Source: an uncultured Rivularia sp.
Lineage (GTDB): Bacteria > Cyanobacteriota > Cyanobacteriia > Cyanobacteriales > Nostocaceae
Length of the DNA: 64,000 nucleotides
NCBI GenBank assembly: GCA_963665115.1
Contig: OY762007.1
Span: 7,936,001 to 8,000,000, forward strand
Reading direction: 5' to 3'
A model generated the notes under the pieces. It had not been told where the DNA came from and made no database searches. It was given only the letters and a program-made list of their open reading frames with translations. Below, in pieces: positions 50,483 to 61,571 of the stretch (within the stretch, counting starts at the first letter, position 1; each line of letters starts with the position of its first letter). The translations under genes and the position numbers were made by a program.

Positions 50483-52727
50483 TTAAACAAACAAAGAATC
50501 ATTCACCGCGACTAAACCATCATCAAATTTGAGAAACTCGATATCAATCAAAGTATCGGTACCGATACCCGCACCGCCAACGGTAAAGTTATCAATAGAA
50601 CCAGCAATCGTAAAATCAGATCGATCGCCATTATACTCAACCATATCCGCAATTACCTGATAATCATCACCATTTCGATCGGTGAAAGTGGTTTGGCGAT
50701 CGCCTTGATTAATTTCTTCTTTGCCATCAAAAACATTATCGTCTGAATTACCAATAAACCTGTCGTTACGGATGGTTTCCGGTAACGTTTTCAACTGTGG
50801 TTAAAGTGTCTTCCCAAGTAAGAGCATTATTATCAGAAGAATGTTTGGCGCTGTTTCGATCCAGATTTACGTCTAAACCAGCGATATTTTCAAATACACC
50901 ATTGAAAGTTAAATCGGAATAATCGGCGGTATCAATACCAGCTTGCCCGCGTAAAGTGTCGTTACCCAAACCACCGTTGAGAATATCGTCACCGCTAGCA
51001 CCGCGAACTAGATCGTTACCGCCTTTACCAAACAGCAAATCATTACCGTTGCCGCCACCAATTAATTCATCTTTACTACCACCATAGATAGTGTCATTAC
51101 CGTTATCTCCCCGAAGTTCGCTGGTTTCACCATCAAAATCATCAAAACGGTCAATTCTGTTTGCTGCTAGAACATCATCACCTGCATTGCCGCGAATAAT
51201 ATCGCCACCTCTGCCACCTTCGATAGTATCGTTACCGTTTTTACCGAAAATTTTATCGTTGCCGGAAGTACCTTGAATATTGTCGTCGTTTGCTGTACCT
51301 TCGATTAAATTTACTGAATTAGTATTATCTAAATCCAGCTTCCATAGTTCGTTTCCATTGGTACCGTCATCAGCACTGAAAAATAGTTTACCGTCAAAAA
51401 CAGTAAAATCTCCTGGATTGGAACCACCTTCACCAGGATTAATATCGGCAGCTAATTGAGTACCTTCTACAGTACCGTCACTTACCCACAATTCCCTACC
51501 ATTAGTACCGTCATTAGCAGTGAAAAATAGCTTGTTATCAAAAATAGTAAAATTCTGCCTAAAGAAGGTATCGCCATTAGAGTTAATATCTTTAAGTAGT
51601 TGAGTACCATCTTCCGTTCCATCAGTTACCCATAATTCCCTTCCATTAGTACCATCGTCAGCAGTGAAAAACAGCTTTTCATCCGATGCGGTAAAGTCGC
51701 TTGGATTAGAACTTTCACTACTTGGGTTAATATCTTTGAATAGTTGAGTACCATCTTCCGTTCCATCAGTTACCCAAAGTTCCGAACCATTATTACCATC
51801 ATTAGCACCGAAAAACAGCTTTCCACCTAATGCAATAAAATTATTTGAATCAGAACTTTCACTACCTGGATTAATATCTTTGAAGAATTGAGTACCATTT
51901 TCAGTTCCATCAGTTACCCAAACTTCCCTTCCATTAGTACCATCGTCAGCAGAGAAAAACAGCTTTCCGTCGAAGGCAGTGAATCCTGAAGGAGAAGAAC
52001 TATTATTTGGCAAAAAATTCTCGTTATTTGGATTAATATCTTTGAGCAGTTGAGTACCACTCTCGGTACCATCACTCACCCACAATTCTCGACCATTCGC
52101 TTCATTTCTGGCACTGAAAAACAGTAAATCGTTAAATATAGTCAGATTATTTGGGAAAGAATCAGCGCTACCAGGATTAATATCTTTTAACTGTCGAGTG
52201 CCATCTTCAGTACCATCGCTCACCCACAACTCACCTCCATTGGTTGCGTTATCGGCTCCGTCATCAGCTTGAAAAAATAGCTTTCCGTCAAATACAGTCA
52301 AATTATCTGGAAACAATTGATCTCTTGGAGAGAAACCAGTAGTTTTTGGGTTAATATCTTTAACCAATTGGGTACCATTTTCAGTACCATCGCTCACCCA
52401 TAATTCCCTACCATTGGTATTATTATTAGCTCCAAAAAATAACTTTCCATCGAAAACAGTGAAACCAGATGGGAAGGAACTACCAAACGGAGGAGAATTT
52501 TCACTTGTATTGATATCTTTAACTAATTTAGTACCATTCTCAGTACCGTCACTCACCCACAGTTCGCTGCCATTGATGCCGTCACGAGCATCAAAAAACA
52601 GCTTTCCATCAAATACGGTAAGTTCAGAAGGGAAGGAACCACCGTTAATAGAATTAATATCTTTTACTAATTCTGGGGTGAAATTAAAGCTGTTAGAATT
52701 TTGCTGCAAATTTTTATCGTTAGCCAT
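50483..52727 (-). CDS. ELWxxDGT beta-propeller repeat protein with RTX-like Ca-binding repeats; +1 frameshift at 50776-50778
   Basis: About 9 ELWVSDGT repeats and GG.GND repeats. Removing one base joins ENVTG-TIRNDRFIGNS to ORF 50483-50794. Repaired length 747 aa. Confidence 0.88.
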
Positions 52728-53362
52728 AACTGTTCCTTTTTTAAATTTCAAAAAATCATGAAAAAGTATCTTCTTGCTAGTTAACTAACAAGTAAAATCC
52801 AACGCCGATTTATACATCGGTTGCATTTTTTATAGTTTGAGATAAGAGAATACAGTTTTTTGCAACTGCGGTTATTTAACAGTTATTCTACATCTATAAA
52901 TAATTAAATTCTTCGTTATTAAAGGTATTATGTGAATAAAATTATCTTGTTTGTAAATACTAGTATTTAATCAAACATTTATTTGTATAAGTAACTTGTT
53001 TATTTACGCAGTATATTGATAGATATATCATTAATCAAAGTATATAAAGACCAACCCTTATTGTTAAAAACTAACCAGATTAACAAAGTACACTGCTGAT
53101 TGAACAAAAAAAATTGGAATTGTTGTATCAAAAACACAATACTTGCTGACAACTGAATAGCAATTAAATTTTATACAAATTAAAATCTAAAAAAAATTAA
53201 ATTTGGTTTTAATATTGTTTTTTATGCCAAATATTGTGTAGAGACGTAGCAGTGCTACGTCTCCATATTGTGAGGTAGAGACGATAAATCTGTGTTCGGG
53301 TACAGTAGTGTTGAATAACTAAAGTTTTTAAATACCAATAAAATATGCTTTAGTTTTATTCT

Positions 53363-53525
53363 TCAAACAAAAAGCGAATCATCCACCGCGACTAAACCAT
53401 CGTCAAACTTGAGAAATTCGATATCAATTAAAGTATCGGTACCAATTCCCGAACCGCTGACGGTAAAGTTATCAGAAGAACCAGCAATCGTAAAATCGGA
53501 TTGATTACCGCTGTATTCAACCCAT
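53363..53525 (-). pseudogene. Orphan paralogous copy of the last ~53 codons of the ELWxxDGT/RTX gene
   Basis: VEYSGNQSDFTIAGSSDNFTVSGSGIGTDTLIDIEFLKFDDGLVAVDDSLFV* vs VEYNGDRSDFTIAGSIDNFTVGGAGIGTDTLIDIEFLKFDDGLVAVNDSLFV*. Confidence 0.85.
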
Positions 53526-53650
53526 ATTAATCATGCGGTGCGATACTTACCTGAATTAATAATTACGAATTACGAACTATATTGACGGTTATGCTTTAAT
53601 GCATTAACAATTAACCAGCATAAGCGTTCACAATTAAGGAAAAGCTGGCA

Positions 53651-55279
53651 GTGGTTAACCAGGAAATACCATCTCCGCATAAAATCGTAGAAACAGATGT
53701 TGTCGCAGTCGCTGTTTACACAAATAAAGCATTGGTGACGCGCCGTGGTGTAGTCGAATTAAGCGGACAGGAACGGGAGTTGATAGTCTCCCAACTGCCA
53801 GTAACTCTTGACACGGAGTCGGTAAGGGTTAGCGGCAAAGGTAATGTGGCGGTGCGTTTGAAAGGTGTAAATGTGGAAAAAATTTACACTACTGAATCGG
53901 TAGTAGCGCGGGTATCGCAGTTACAACAACAAATCGAGCAGTTAGAAGCACAGAAACGGCAATTTCAAGCTCAAATGGATGCTTTGGCGTTACAGTCTAG
54001 GTTTATTGAAGGTTTGCGAGAGAAGACTGAAGATCAATTTTCAATTAGTTTGGCACGTAAAAGCATTAGCTTGAGCGAAACTTTGGATTTACTCAACTTT
54101 CTCGGCAGCCAATATACAGAATATGCCATTTCTACCGAAGATTACAAAAATCAACAGCGGGAATTAGAAAAGCAGTTGGAGGTGCTGTACGCTTCTTTAA
54201 AACAAACTGAATCGCCATCACCCCAAGAAAGTTTTAATTTAACGGTGGGAATTGAAACCGCTGGTAGTGGGGAGTTTGAGTTAGAAGTTTCTTACGTTGT
54301 CAATCGTGCTAGTTGGAAACCGCTTTACGATATTCGAGTTGATAGTAAAGCTAAAAGCGTTAATTTGGGATACCTGGCGCAAATAACTCAAAATACCGGC
54401 GAAGATTGGACAAATGTAAATTTAACTCTTTCTACAGCCAAACCAGGTAGCGGTACTTTACCACCGAAGCCACAACCTTGGTATATTGATATTCCCCAAC
54501 CGGAAATCAGGCAAAGAAGAGCAAGACGGTTTGCATCTGCGCCAATGGCTGCAAAATCTCGCAGCTTTGAATTTGAAGAAGATAATTTATCTGGTGAAAT
54601 CGAAGAATTAGAAAACAAAATTATTGAAGCAGATGTAATTACAGCAGAAGTATCCCAAGAAGGAAATGTAGTTACATTTAACTTAGATGGTAATGGAAAT
54701 ATACCCAGCGACGGCGCACCTCACAAAACTACAATTTTTCAAGATGATTATCCCTGTAGTTTTAGCTATATAACAATGCCTCGTTTGGTAAGTTTTGCTT
54801 ATTTACAGGCAAAAGTGAAAAATAGTTCTAACGGCGCAACCTTGTTACCGGGAAAAGCCAACATTTTTCGCGATAATATTTTTGTAGGAACATCCGAATT
54901 AGAAAACACCGTACCGGGTGAAGAATTTAAATTAAATTTGGGAATTGACGAAGGTTTGAAAATCGAACGCGATTTAGTTGAGCGTGAAGTTGATAAAAGA
55001 TTTATTGGTAATCTTCGCAAAATCACCTATGGATATCGATTGCAGATAAGCAATTTGTTAGATACAGAAGCAAAATTAGAACTTATCGAACAACTACCAG
55101 TCAGCCGCAACGAACAAATAAAAGTACGTCTCAATCGTACAAACCCCCAAATTCAACTCGGTGAAATGGGAATTCTAGAATGGAATTCAACTCTTGCACC
55201 ACAAGAAAAACAAGAAATTTATTATCAGTTTACCGTCGAACATCCACCGCAATTAAATGTCATGGGGCTGAATGTTTGA
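53651..55279 (+). CDS. DUF4140/DUF4139 (MuiA-like) protein
   Basis: V.VY...ALVTR, coiled coil, ASWKPLYD, QNTGEDW..V.LTLSTA.P, LNLGIDEG. Confidence 0.85.
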   Translation: MVNQEIPSPHKIVETDVVAVAVYTNKALVTRRGVVELSGQERELIVSQLPVTLDTESVRVSGKGNVAVRLKGVNVEKIYTTESVVARVSQLQQQIEQLEAQKRQFQAQMDALALQSRFIEGLREKTEDQFSISLARKSISLSETLDLLNFLGSQYTEYAISTEDYKNQQRELEKQLEVLYASLKQTESPSPQESFNLTVGIETAGSGEFELEVSYVVNRASWKPLYDIRVDSKAKSVNLGYLAQITQNTGEDWTNVNLTLSTAKPGSGTLPPKPQPWYIDIPQPEIRQRRARRFASAPMAAKSRSFEFEEDNLSGEIEELENKIIEADVITAEVSQEGNVVTFNLDGNGNIPSDGAPHKTTIFQDDYPCSFSYITMPRLVSFAYLQAKVKNSSNGATLLPGKANIFRDNIFVGTSELENTVPGEEFKLNLGIDEGLKIERDLVEREVDKRFIGNLRKITYGYRLQISNLLDTEAKLELIEQLPVSRNEQIKVRLNRTNPQIQLGEMGILEWNSTLAPQEKQEIYYQFTVEHPPQLNVMGLNV

Positions 55280-55448
55280 ATTGGTAATTGGTAATTGGTA
55301 ATTGGTAATTGGTAATTGGTAATTGGTAATTGAAAGCCTTGAGTTAGGAGTAATGAGTAGTGAGTAGTGAGTAGTAAGTAATGAGTAGTAAGTAGAGAAT
55401 TAGTTTATACTCTTCCCCTTGTCTCCCCCTCTCCCCCCTCTCCCCCCT

Positions 55449-57722
55449 CTACCCCCTCTCTCCCTTAGCCGCCGCACGCACAACTCGATTCCCATCGCGA
55501 GCTAGAGCGGCGCGAATCTCGGAGGGAGTGTTGGGATTTTGTGCGATCGCATATCTTTCTAACCAAGATGTAGAATTAATATTTTTTGCTAATATTTCGC
55601 TTGGTGTTGAGGGATGCAAAAAGATCAGTAAGCGGGTAAATATGGGGGTGAAAGAGGTAATGCAATCTGCTAACACTTTACTCACTCTATCTGGAAAGCG
55701 ATTTACTAAAGCTTTGACTGCTGCTTGCTTGATTTGATTATCTGGCTTTCCTAGAATCGCAAGTTGTTCGAGAATATTTAATGATGTGTTGGCATGAGTT
55801 GCAACGGCGACGACAACTTCATTATCTTGGTCTATTGCTAATAGCTCTAGTAAACTACTAGGAGTATTGGGATTTTCAGCTACACCCAAACGCACCATAC
55901 TAATCTTATCTTCTGCTAGCTGCTTGAGCAGGTTTTTGTCGATGTTGGGATGACGTGCAACCCCCTGACGAACAATTACCCATTTGCTATGAGAAAGTTG
56001 TTCGAGGAGTTTTGCAGATGTATTGGGATTTTTAAGAACATCAAGCTGTTCTAAAATACTTTGTGGAGCGTAAGGATTGTTTATTGCTGCGTCTCTAACC
56101 GTTGTATTTTTATCTTGAATTAGTTTTACAAGAGTTTCACGAGGAGTTTTGAGATTTTTCGCGACTATGATGCGTACTTCCCAACGATGATGTTTTGCTA
56201 ATTGTGCAAGTGTCGTGCTTGAAGTGTTTCGATGACGAGCTACAGCAGCACAAATTTTCAAATCGCCAGTTTGCGCTAAACATTCCAAAGTACTATCGGG
56301 GGTTTTGGAATTACTAGACAAGTTGCTAAGTGCAGTTTCCAGAATCGAATTGTTTTCTTGATTGACAAGTTTTTCTAAAACGTGAATCGGAGTATTGGGA
56401 TGCTGTGCAACTCTTTGACGGGTATCGTAATTGCTACTTTCTGCCATTGCCGTTAACATATGAGGGTCATAAACGGCGTATGCTGGCATAATCGGGATGC
56501 CTTGAGCGCGGGCAGTATTAATATAGTCGTGTATTGTAGTTTTTTGCTTATCAAAAGCAATTTTTGCCAGATTATTGGGATGAGCCGCAATAATTTTACC
56601 AATCCAAGCATCATTTTCTGTGGCTAATTGCTTTAATGCTTCTGCACTCGAATTTACGTTGAGCGCTACAGCTTTGCGTACCATAACGTCTTCATCGCTG
56701 GCTAAGCGTAACAATACATCCCCAGGAGTGTTGGAATGAGCCGCAATACCCAAACGAATCCGCATCCATTGACTTGTGGAAAGCTGTCTGAGAATGTCAA
56801 CAGATGTGATTGGATTTTCAGTTGCTTCCAATTGCAGTTGAAACTGCTGGTGTAAAGTTAGGGGTGTAAACGGATGACAAGCAACTGCTTCGCGTACAAT
56901 ATCGCTAACATCTCCCATCAAATCTTCAACAATATTTATCGGAGTACGAGGATTTTGAGCAACATAAGCGCGTACTCTACTGTAACTATCCGTAGCCAAA
57001 ATTTCCAAAACTTGCTCGTGAGTATTTAAACTTTCGGCAATATGCAAACGCACCTCAGCATCCAGCGTTTTTAACAGATATTCCGGTACCGCACCAATAA
57101 CCCATAGATACATTTCAGATTGGCGATCGCGTGGTAAATTTGTAGTCTGCATTGCCGCAATCGCAACTTCATTCCATCCAGAAGGCATTTCCCCAGCTAA
57201 AGTAACGTGTAACCGAGCAGCTTCAGCAACTTCTATATTTTGTATTTGAGTTAATGCGAGCAAAGCTGATAGGGGCGTTTTAAGATTCATCGCAATGGTT
57301 AACAGCACTTCTACATCATCATGACTCGTTGCCAATTCTAGAAACTGGGGTGGTACCTCATCAAGTATCAGCAAAGAAAGCAAAGTAACAAGCGGGATGT
57401 CCGCAACAAAGTTAGGATTCTCTAATAACAGTAAGGAAAATACCGGATTTTCTAACAACCGTTGGGGAAATTCTGCGCCTAATTCCAATAAGATTTCTGT
57501 TGGCGTATTGGGATTACCAGCAACGTTTTTCCGTATAATATTATCCGAATTAATGCTAAAATGCCGCAGCAAATCAGGAGCGGCATTTGCATTCTTGGCT
57601 ACGATTCTTGCCAGTTCAATATTAATTTTAGATAACTCTTCTAGCCGCTGTGGAGAAAATTCCTCGCTCGCTGCTTCTTGCCGAAGTTCTGATAAATTCG
57701 GTTCTGGGGAACGATTAGCCAT
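55449..57722 (-). CDS. HEAT/leucine-rich-variant repeat protein
   Basis: More than 15 repeats of VR..VA.NPNTP...L..LA.D. Confidence 0.85.
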   Translation of the reverse strand: MANRSPEPNLSELRQEAASEEFSPQRLEELSKINIELARIVAKNANAAPDLLRHFSINSDNIIRKNVAGNPNTPTEILLELGAEFPQRLLENPVFSLLLLENPNFVADIPLVTLLSLLILDEVPPQFLELATSHDDVEVLLTIAMNLKTPLSALLALTQIQNIEVAEAARLHVTLAGEMPSGWNEVAIAAMQTTNLPRDRQSEMYLWVIGAVPEYLLKTLDAEVRLHIAESLNTHEQVLEILATDSYSRVRAYVAQNPRTPINIVEDLMGDVSDIVREAVACHPFTPLTLHQQFQLQLEATENPITSVDILRQLSTSQWMRIRLGIAAHSNTPGDVLLRLASDEDVMVRKAVALNVNSSAEALKQLATENDAWIGKIIAAHPNNLAKIAFDKQKTTIHDYINTARAQGIPIMPAYAVYDPHMLTAMAESSNYDTRQRVAQHPNTPIHVLEKLVNQENNSILETALSNLSSNSKTPDSTLECLAQTGDLKICAAVARHRNTSSTTLAQLAKHHRWEVRIIVAKNLKTPRETLVKLIQDKNTTVRDAAINNPYAPQSILEQLDVLKNPNTSAKLLEQLSHSKWVIVRQGVARHPNIDKNLLKQLAEDKISMVRLGVAENPNTPSSLLELLAIDQDNEVVVAVATHANTSLNILEQLAILGKPDNQIKQAAVKALVNRFPDRVSKVLADCITSFTPIFTRLLIFLHPSTPSEILAKNINSTSWLERYAIAQNPNTPSEIRAALARDGNRVVRAAAKGERG

Positions 57723-57842
57723 AGCGAATAACTAGTAAGTAATATAGAATGAAATGTATATTTTCTGAAGCTAACTATTACATAACTTCTCGTATTTCTA
57801 CAGAATTGGTCAAGAGTAAATATTGCAATATCAATTATCAGT

Positions 57843-57961
57843 TAAGTAGGTAAACGTAATTAAATACAAGATAAGACCTCACCCTGCCTCCGGCTTCCCT
57901 CTCCTTAGCAAGGAGAGGGATTGAGGGTGAGGTTTTATAGTTAATTTGACCCAGTTACTTA
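57843..57961. mobile_element. MITE-like element with an internal long hairpin
   Basis: TAAGTA...TACTTA termini. Internal ACCTCACCCT...AGGGTGAGGT hairpin; 57909-57934 is identical to 61578-61603. Confidence 0.6.
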
Positions 57962-58260
57962 CCATTGATTAAAAGTTATATAAATTACAAATAGCTAGTT
58001 ATAAACTACATCGAATTATATAAATATTCTCTTTAATTCAATTTGCTTTCAGTAACGATACCAACTAAATTTATCAAAAATAAATTAAAATACATAAAAA
58101 ATAAATATAATATAGCAATCTTAATTTATTCATTCAAATAAACAAACCCAGCTTTTTAAATAAACCGGGTTTCTCAATACTTAAAATTGTTACAACTTAT
58201 ATACGATTACGATAGTAAAATATATTATGCTTCTCCCCTAACTGCTGCATAAAATCATCC

Positions 58261-58905
58261 TTATCCTTGATTAAAAATAAAGTGCTTTGGTTTTTGAGTC
58301 TGAATAAACTTAGTCATAATATCTTTTTCTTTAACAGTTGGTGTTGCAAAACAACCTGCTGTCCCAACCTTATAATTTCCACTAAAAGTTGATGGATCGT
58401 AATGAATACCAATCTCCGAACGCTTTGTATTAAATGTTGGTGTAATCGGCGACCAAACTCCCCCAAATTGTGCTTTTAAATCTTCACCTTTATATACCCA
58501 TCCGGGAGCATCAAAAGTATAAATTCCAAAAGGCGGAGGAGTTTGAGAATCTTCAATATGAGAAGGAGTTTGCTTGTCGATTCTACCGGAAATAAGCCTT
58601 ACCGTATTCACAGTATTACCATTGCGATCGACTAATATAGTTTTATATACTCTTAAACCACCAGCCACAGTTTCATTAGTACGAGTAGCTACTACTTTAG
58701 CACCTTTAACTACTTTCAAAAAGCTCGATGCTACCCAACGATTTTTACCAATTTGTACCCAATCCCAGTCTCCTTGACGAATTGATTCTCCTTGTACTTT
58801 TACTTGAGTACCATTCCCAATATATTCGATTTTTTCTCCCAATGGTGCATTACGAACTGTAAGAGAATCGGCATCTTTTGTATGAACGTAAGCGACATAA
58901 TCCAT
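58261..58905 (-). CDS. SH3b domain + L,D-transpeptidase-like domain protein
   Basis: LTVRNAP...NGTQVKV...WVQIG..RWVAS (SH3b-like), P.GIY, IGIH...GTAGC catalytic-like pair. Confidence 0.65.
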   Translation of the reverse strand: MDYVAYVHTKDADSLTVRNAPLGEKIEYIGNGTQVKVQGESIRQGDWDWVQIGKNRWVASSFLKVVKGAKVVATRTNETVAGGLRVYKTILVDRNGNTVNTVRLISGRIDKQTPSHIEDSQTPPPFGIYTFDAPGWVYKGEDLKAQFGGVWSPITPTFNTKRSEIGIHYDPSTFSGNYKVGTAGCFATPTVKEKDIMTKFIQTQKPKHFIFNQG

Positions 58906-59470
58906 TATTTTTTATGTGTATTATTAATTATTTTATATTCTAGTAAATACTTCAATTTCAAATCTAGGATTACGGATTTAGAATGCTTTCTTGTGTTAAC
59001 TTTGTTACTATTCATCTAATTAGTGGTGCAACTAATTACTTCTATCTCATTCTAAAATGACTTATCTCTATGAAACTTCTTTCCTCCGCGCTCTGCGGTT
59101 TTTTTTCTTATTAATCTTCTAACCGCAAGTAATTAAATTATCAACTTACATCTTGTACCATTCTCAACAAGCCCAAAGAAACCCGGTTTCTCTTCACGAA
59201 AGCACGACTATCTCGCTGTGAAATAAACAAGAAACCGGGTTTGTGATATTGAGCAAGGCTTAATTCGCCGCCATCATACCCACAAAGTCGCTACAGATGT
59301 TTCACCTGCAAAAGTCACAAAATTTAATCAAAATTATTCAGTTTTAGTGTATAATAAGTAACGTTTAACCTGACTTTTTCAAAAAAACAAATTAAATTTG
59401 TGTCATTTTAAACAACTATATGGTACTAATGAACTACAATATATTTGTAGTATTCGTATAGGTTTAATTA

Positions 59471-60412
59471 ATGGTTTCAAGCCATCCTCAATTATTAACT
59501 GTTACAGTAGCTCCGAAGCCTTTTTTGAAATGGGCTGGAGGCAAAACTCAATTAATCAAACAGATAAGTAAATATTTGCCACAGGAATTAAGTAGCGGCT
59601 CTATCAAAAAATATGTAGAGCCATTTATCGGAGGAGGGGCTTTATTTTTTTTGTTCGGCTACAATTATCCAATTAAAGAAATTTTTATATCTGATGTCAA
59701 TGTTGATTTAGTATTAACATATAAAACCATTCAGCATAACGTAGATGGTCTGATAGAATTGTTATTAGATATTGAAAAAAAATATTTATCTTTAAACTTA
59801 AATCAAAGGTCTGACTATTTTTATCAAGTTAGAAGTCAATTTAATTCTAGAAAAAATCGGATAGATTTACTTAAATATAATTCGGAATGGCTAGAAAGAA
59901 CTGCACAAGTTATTTTTTTAAACAAAACTTGTTTTAACGGATTGTTTCGAGTAAATTCTAAGGGTGAATTTAATGTTCCTATAGGCAAATATAAGAAACC
60001 ATCTTTATGTAGCCCAGAAAATTTAAGATCGGTGGCTAAAATTCTGCAAAGAACAGAAATTTTGCAAGGAGATTTTACTAAATGCGAATCATTCATTGAT
60101 TCTGATACTTTTGTATATTTCGATCCTCCTTATAGACCAATTAGTAATACATCCAATTTTACATCTTATTCTCATCAAATATTTGATGATTCAGAACAAT
60201 TAAGGTTACGTAATTTTTTCACAACACTCGATAAAAAAGGTGCATTACTTCTTTTGAGTAATTCCGATCCTAAAAATCAGAATTCCGAAGATGATTTTTT
60301 TGAAAAACTTTATGCCGATTATCGTATAGAAAGAGTGAAAGCCACCCGGCATATCAATAGTAATTCTTTAAAACGTAACTCGATTAATGAACTGTTAATT
60401 ATGAATTATTAG
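59471..60412 (+). CDS. Dam-family N6-adenine DNA methyltransferase
   Basis: KPFLKWAGGK, EPFIGGGA, FNGLFRVN..G.FNVP.G, YFDPPY. Confidence 0.95.
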   Translation: MVSSHPQLLTVTVAPKPFLKWAGGKTQLIKQISKYLPQELSSGSIKKYVEPFIGGGALFFLFGYNYPIKEIFISDVNVDLVLTYKTIQHNVDGLIELLLDIEKKYLSLNLNQRSDYFYQVRSQFNSRKNRIDLLKYNSEWLERTAQVIFLNKTCFNGLFRVNSKGEFNVPIGKYKKPSLCSPENLRSVAKILQRTEILQGDFTKCESFIDSDTFVYFDPPYRPISNTSNFTSYSHQIFDDSEQLRLRNFFTTLDKKGALLLLSNSDPKNQNSEDDFFEKLYADYRIERVKATRHINSNSLKRNSINELLIMNY

Positions 60413-60429
60413 ATAGAAGTAGATAGAAC

Positions 60430-61356
60430 GTGAAATATAGCTTTTTATTTCAAAAATATTTTAACTGCTCTAACGAGTCAGAAGTTTTTCAATATTTAAA
60501 AGATACATTAACAGATTCAATCACGGGATGGCACTATTTTGTCGATTGGCCAAAAGTACTAATTAGATTTAGAGAAAACGAGATTTATTTGAACGCATTG
60601 AATTATTTAGTTGGCAAAGAAGACATAGAAAATGAATTTCGTTATCTTTTACAACAAATGCCTCAAATTGTCAGCGCGATACCTATTTTAATTGCCTGCC
60701 GCACTTTTAATTTTCAGATATTGACCGATTACACCAACAATAATTTTAGATATAAATCTTTTAATTTTAGAAATCAAAGTCTTTTATTTCCCCAAGACAT
60801 CGATGATATAGTCGAATTTACCAAAAATGCCGGGGTATTAGAACTATTTAAAAATAGAACTATCAAAAGTATTCCCGATTATGTGCTGGGAATTGAAGTA
60901 GGTTTAGACAGCAACGGCAGAAAAAATCGTGGTGGAACAGCGATGGAGACTATTGTAGAAAGTTTGATTACTGCAATATGTGAGGAAAACGATTTTGTGT
61001 TTATTCCACAGGCGACTTCTGACAAGATAAAAAAACAATGGAATATTGATGTTGAGGTAGATAAATCCAGTCGATGTTTTGATTTTGCGGTTAAAAATAA
61101 AAATAATTTATATTTAATAGAAGCTAACTTTTACGGTGGAACTGGTTCTAAATTAAAAGCTACCGCAGGAGAATATAAAGGATTATTTGATTTTATATCC
61201 AGCCAAGGACATCAATTTATTTGGATAACCGATGGTTTGGGATGGAAGAGTACTTTACATCCTTTAGAAGAAACTTTTAAACATATAGATTACACCTTAA
61301 ATTTAAACATGGTTGTTGACGGTTTGCTTGGAGAATTGATTGCACAACAATTATGA
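60430..61356 (+). CDS. DpnII/MboI-family type II restriction endonuclease
   Basis: DYVLGIEVGLDSNGRKNRGG..ME, FDF, IEANFY...GSKL, FIWITDG.GW. Confidence 0.9.
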   Translation: MKYSFLFQKYFNCSNESEVFQYLKDTLTDSITGWHYFVDWPKVLIRFRENEIYLNALNYLVGKEDIENEFRYLLQQMPQIVSAIPILIACRTFNFQILTDYTNNNFRYKSFNFRNQSLLFPQDIDDIVEFTKNAGVLELFKNRTIKSIPDYVLGIEVGLDSNGRKNRGGTAMETIVESLITAICEENDFVFIPQATSDKIKKQWNIDVEVDKSSRCFDFAVKNKNNLYLIEANFYGGTGSKLKATAGEYKGLFDFISSQGHQFIWITDGLGWKSTLHPLEETFKHIDYTLNLNMVVDGLLGELIAQQL

Positions 61357-61425
61357 GGGAATTGGTAATTACAAATTAAATAACTAGGTCAAATAAAATA
61401 TGAAACCTTACCCTCCTTATCAAGG

Positions 61426-61571
61426 CTATTGTGTACACACATCTCGTTAGATCCCCCTAAATCCCCCTTAAAAAGGGGGACTTTAACTCCGATTCCCCCC
61501 TTTTTTAAGGGGGGTTAGGGGGGATCAAAACGTTATGGAGCAACTTAATAAGACTTGTGTGTACACCGTAG
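61426..61571. mobile_element. MITE with target-site duplication, nested in another repeat element
   Basis: TIRs CTATTGTGTACACACA / TGTGTGTACACCGTAG, flanked by the direct repeat CCTTATCAAGG (61415-61425, 61572-61582). Confidence 0.8.

Larger units (their letters stand above)
1569..57130. repeat. Dispersed HIP1 octamers GCGATCGC
   Basis: Seen near 1569, 3201, 7912, 8604, 15050, 21717, 22304, 25821, 29323, 31694, 33539, 38018, 40231, 41462, 55543 and 57123; a hallmark of cyanobacterial genomes. Confidence 0.9.

Noticed and set aside
50483..53525. Duplicated C-terminal segment as a DGR template/variable repeat pair
   Set aside because: Differences are mostly synonymous and not adenine-specific; no reverse transcriptase is present.
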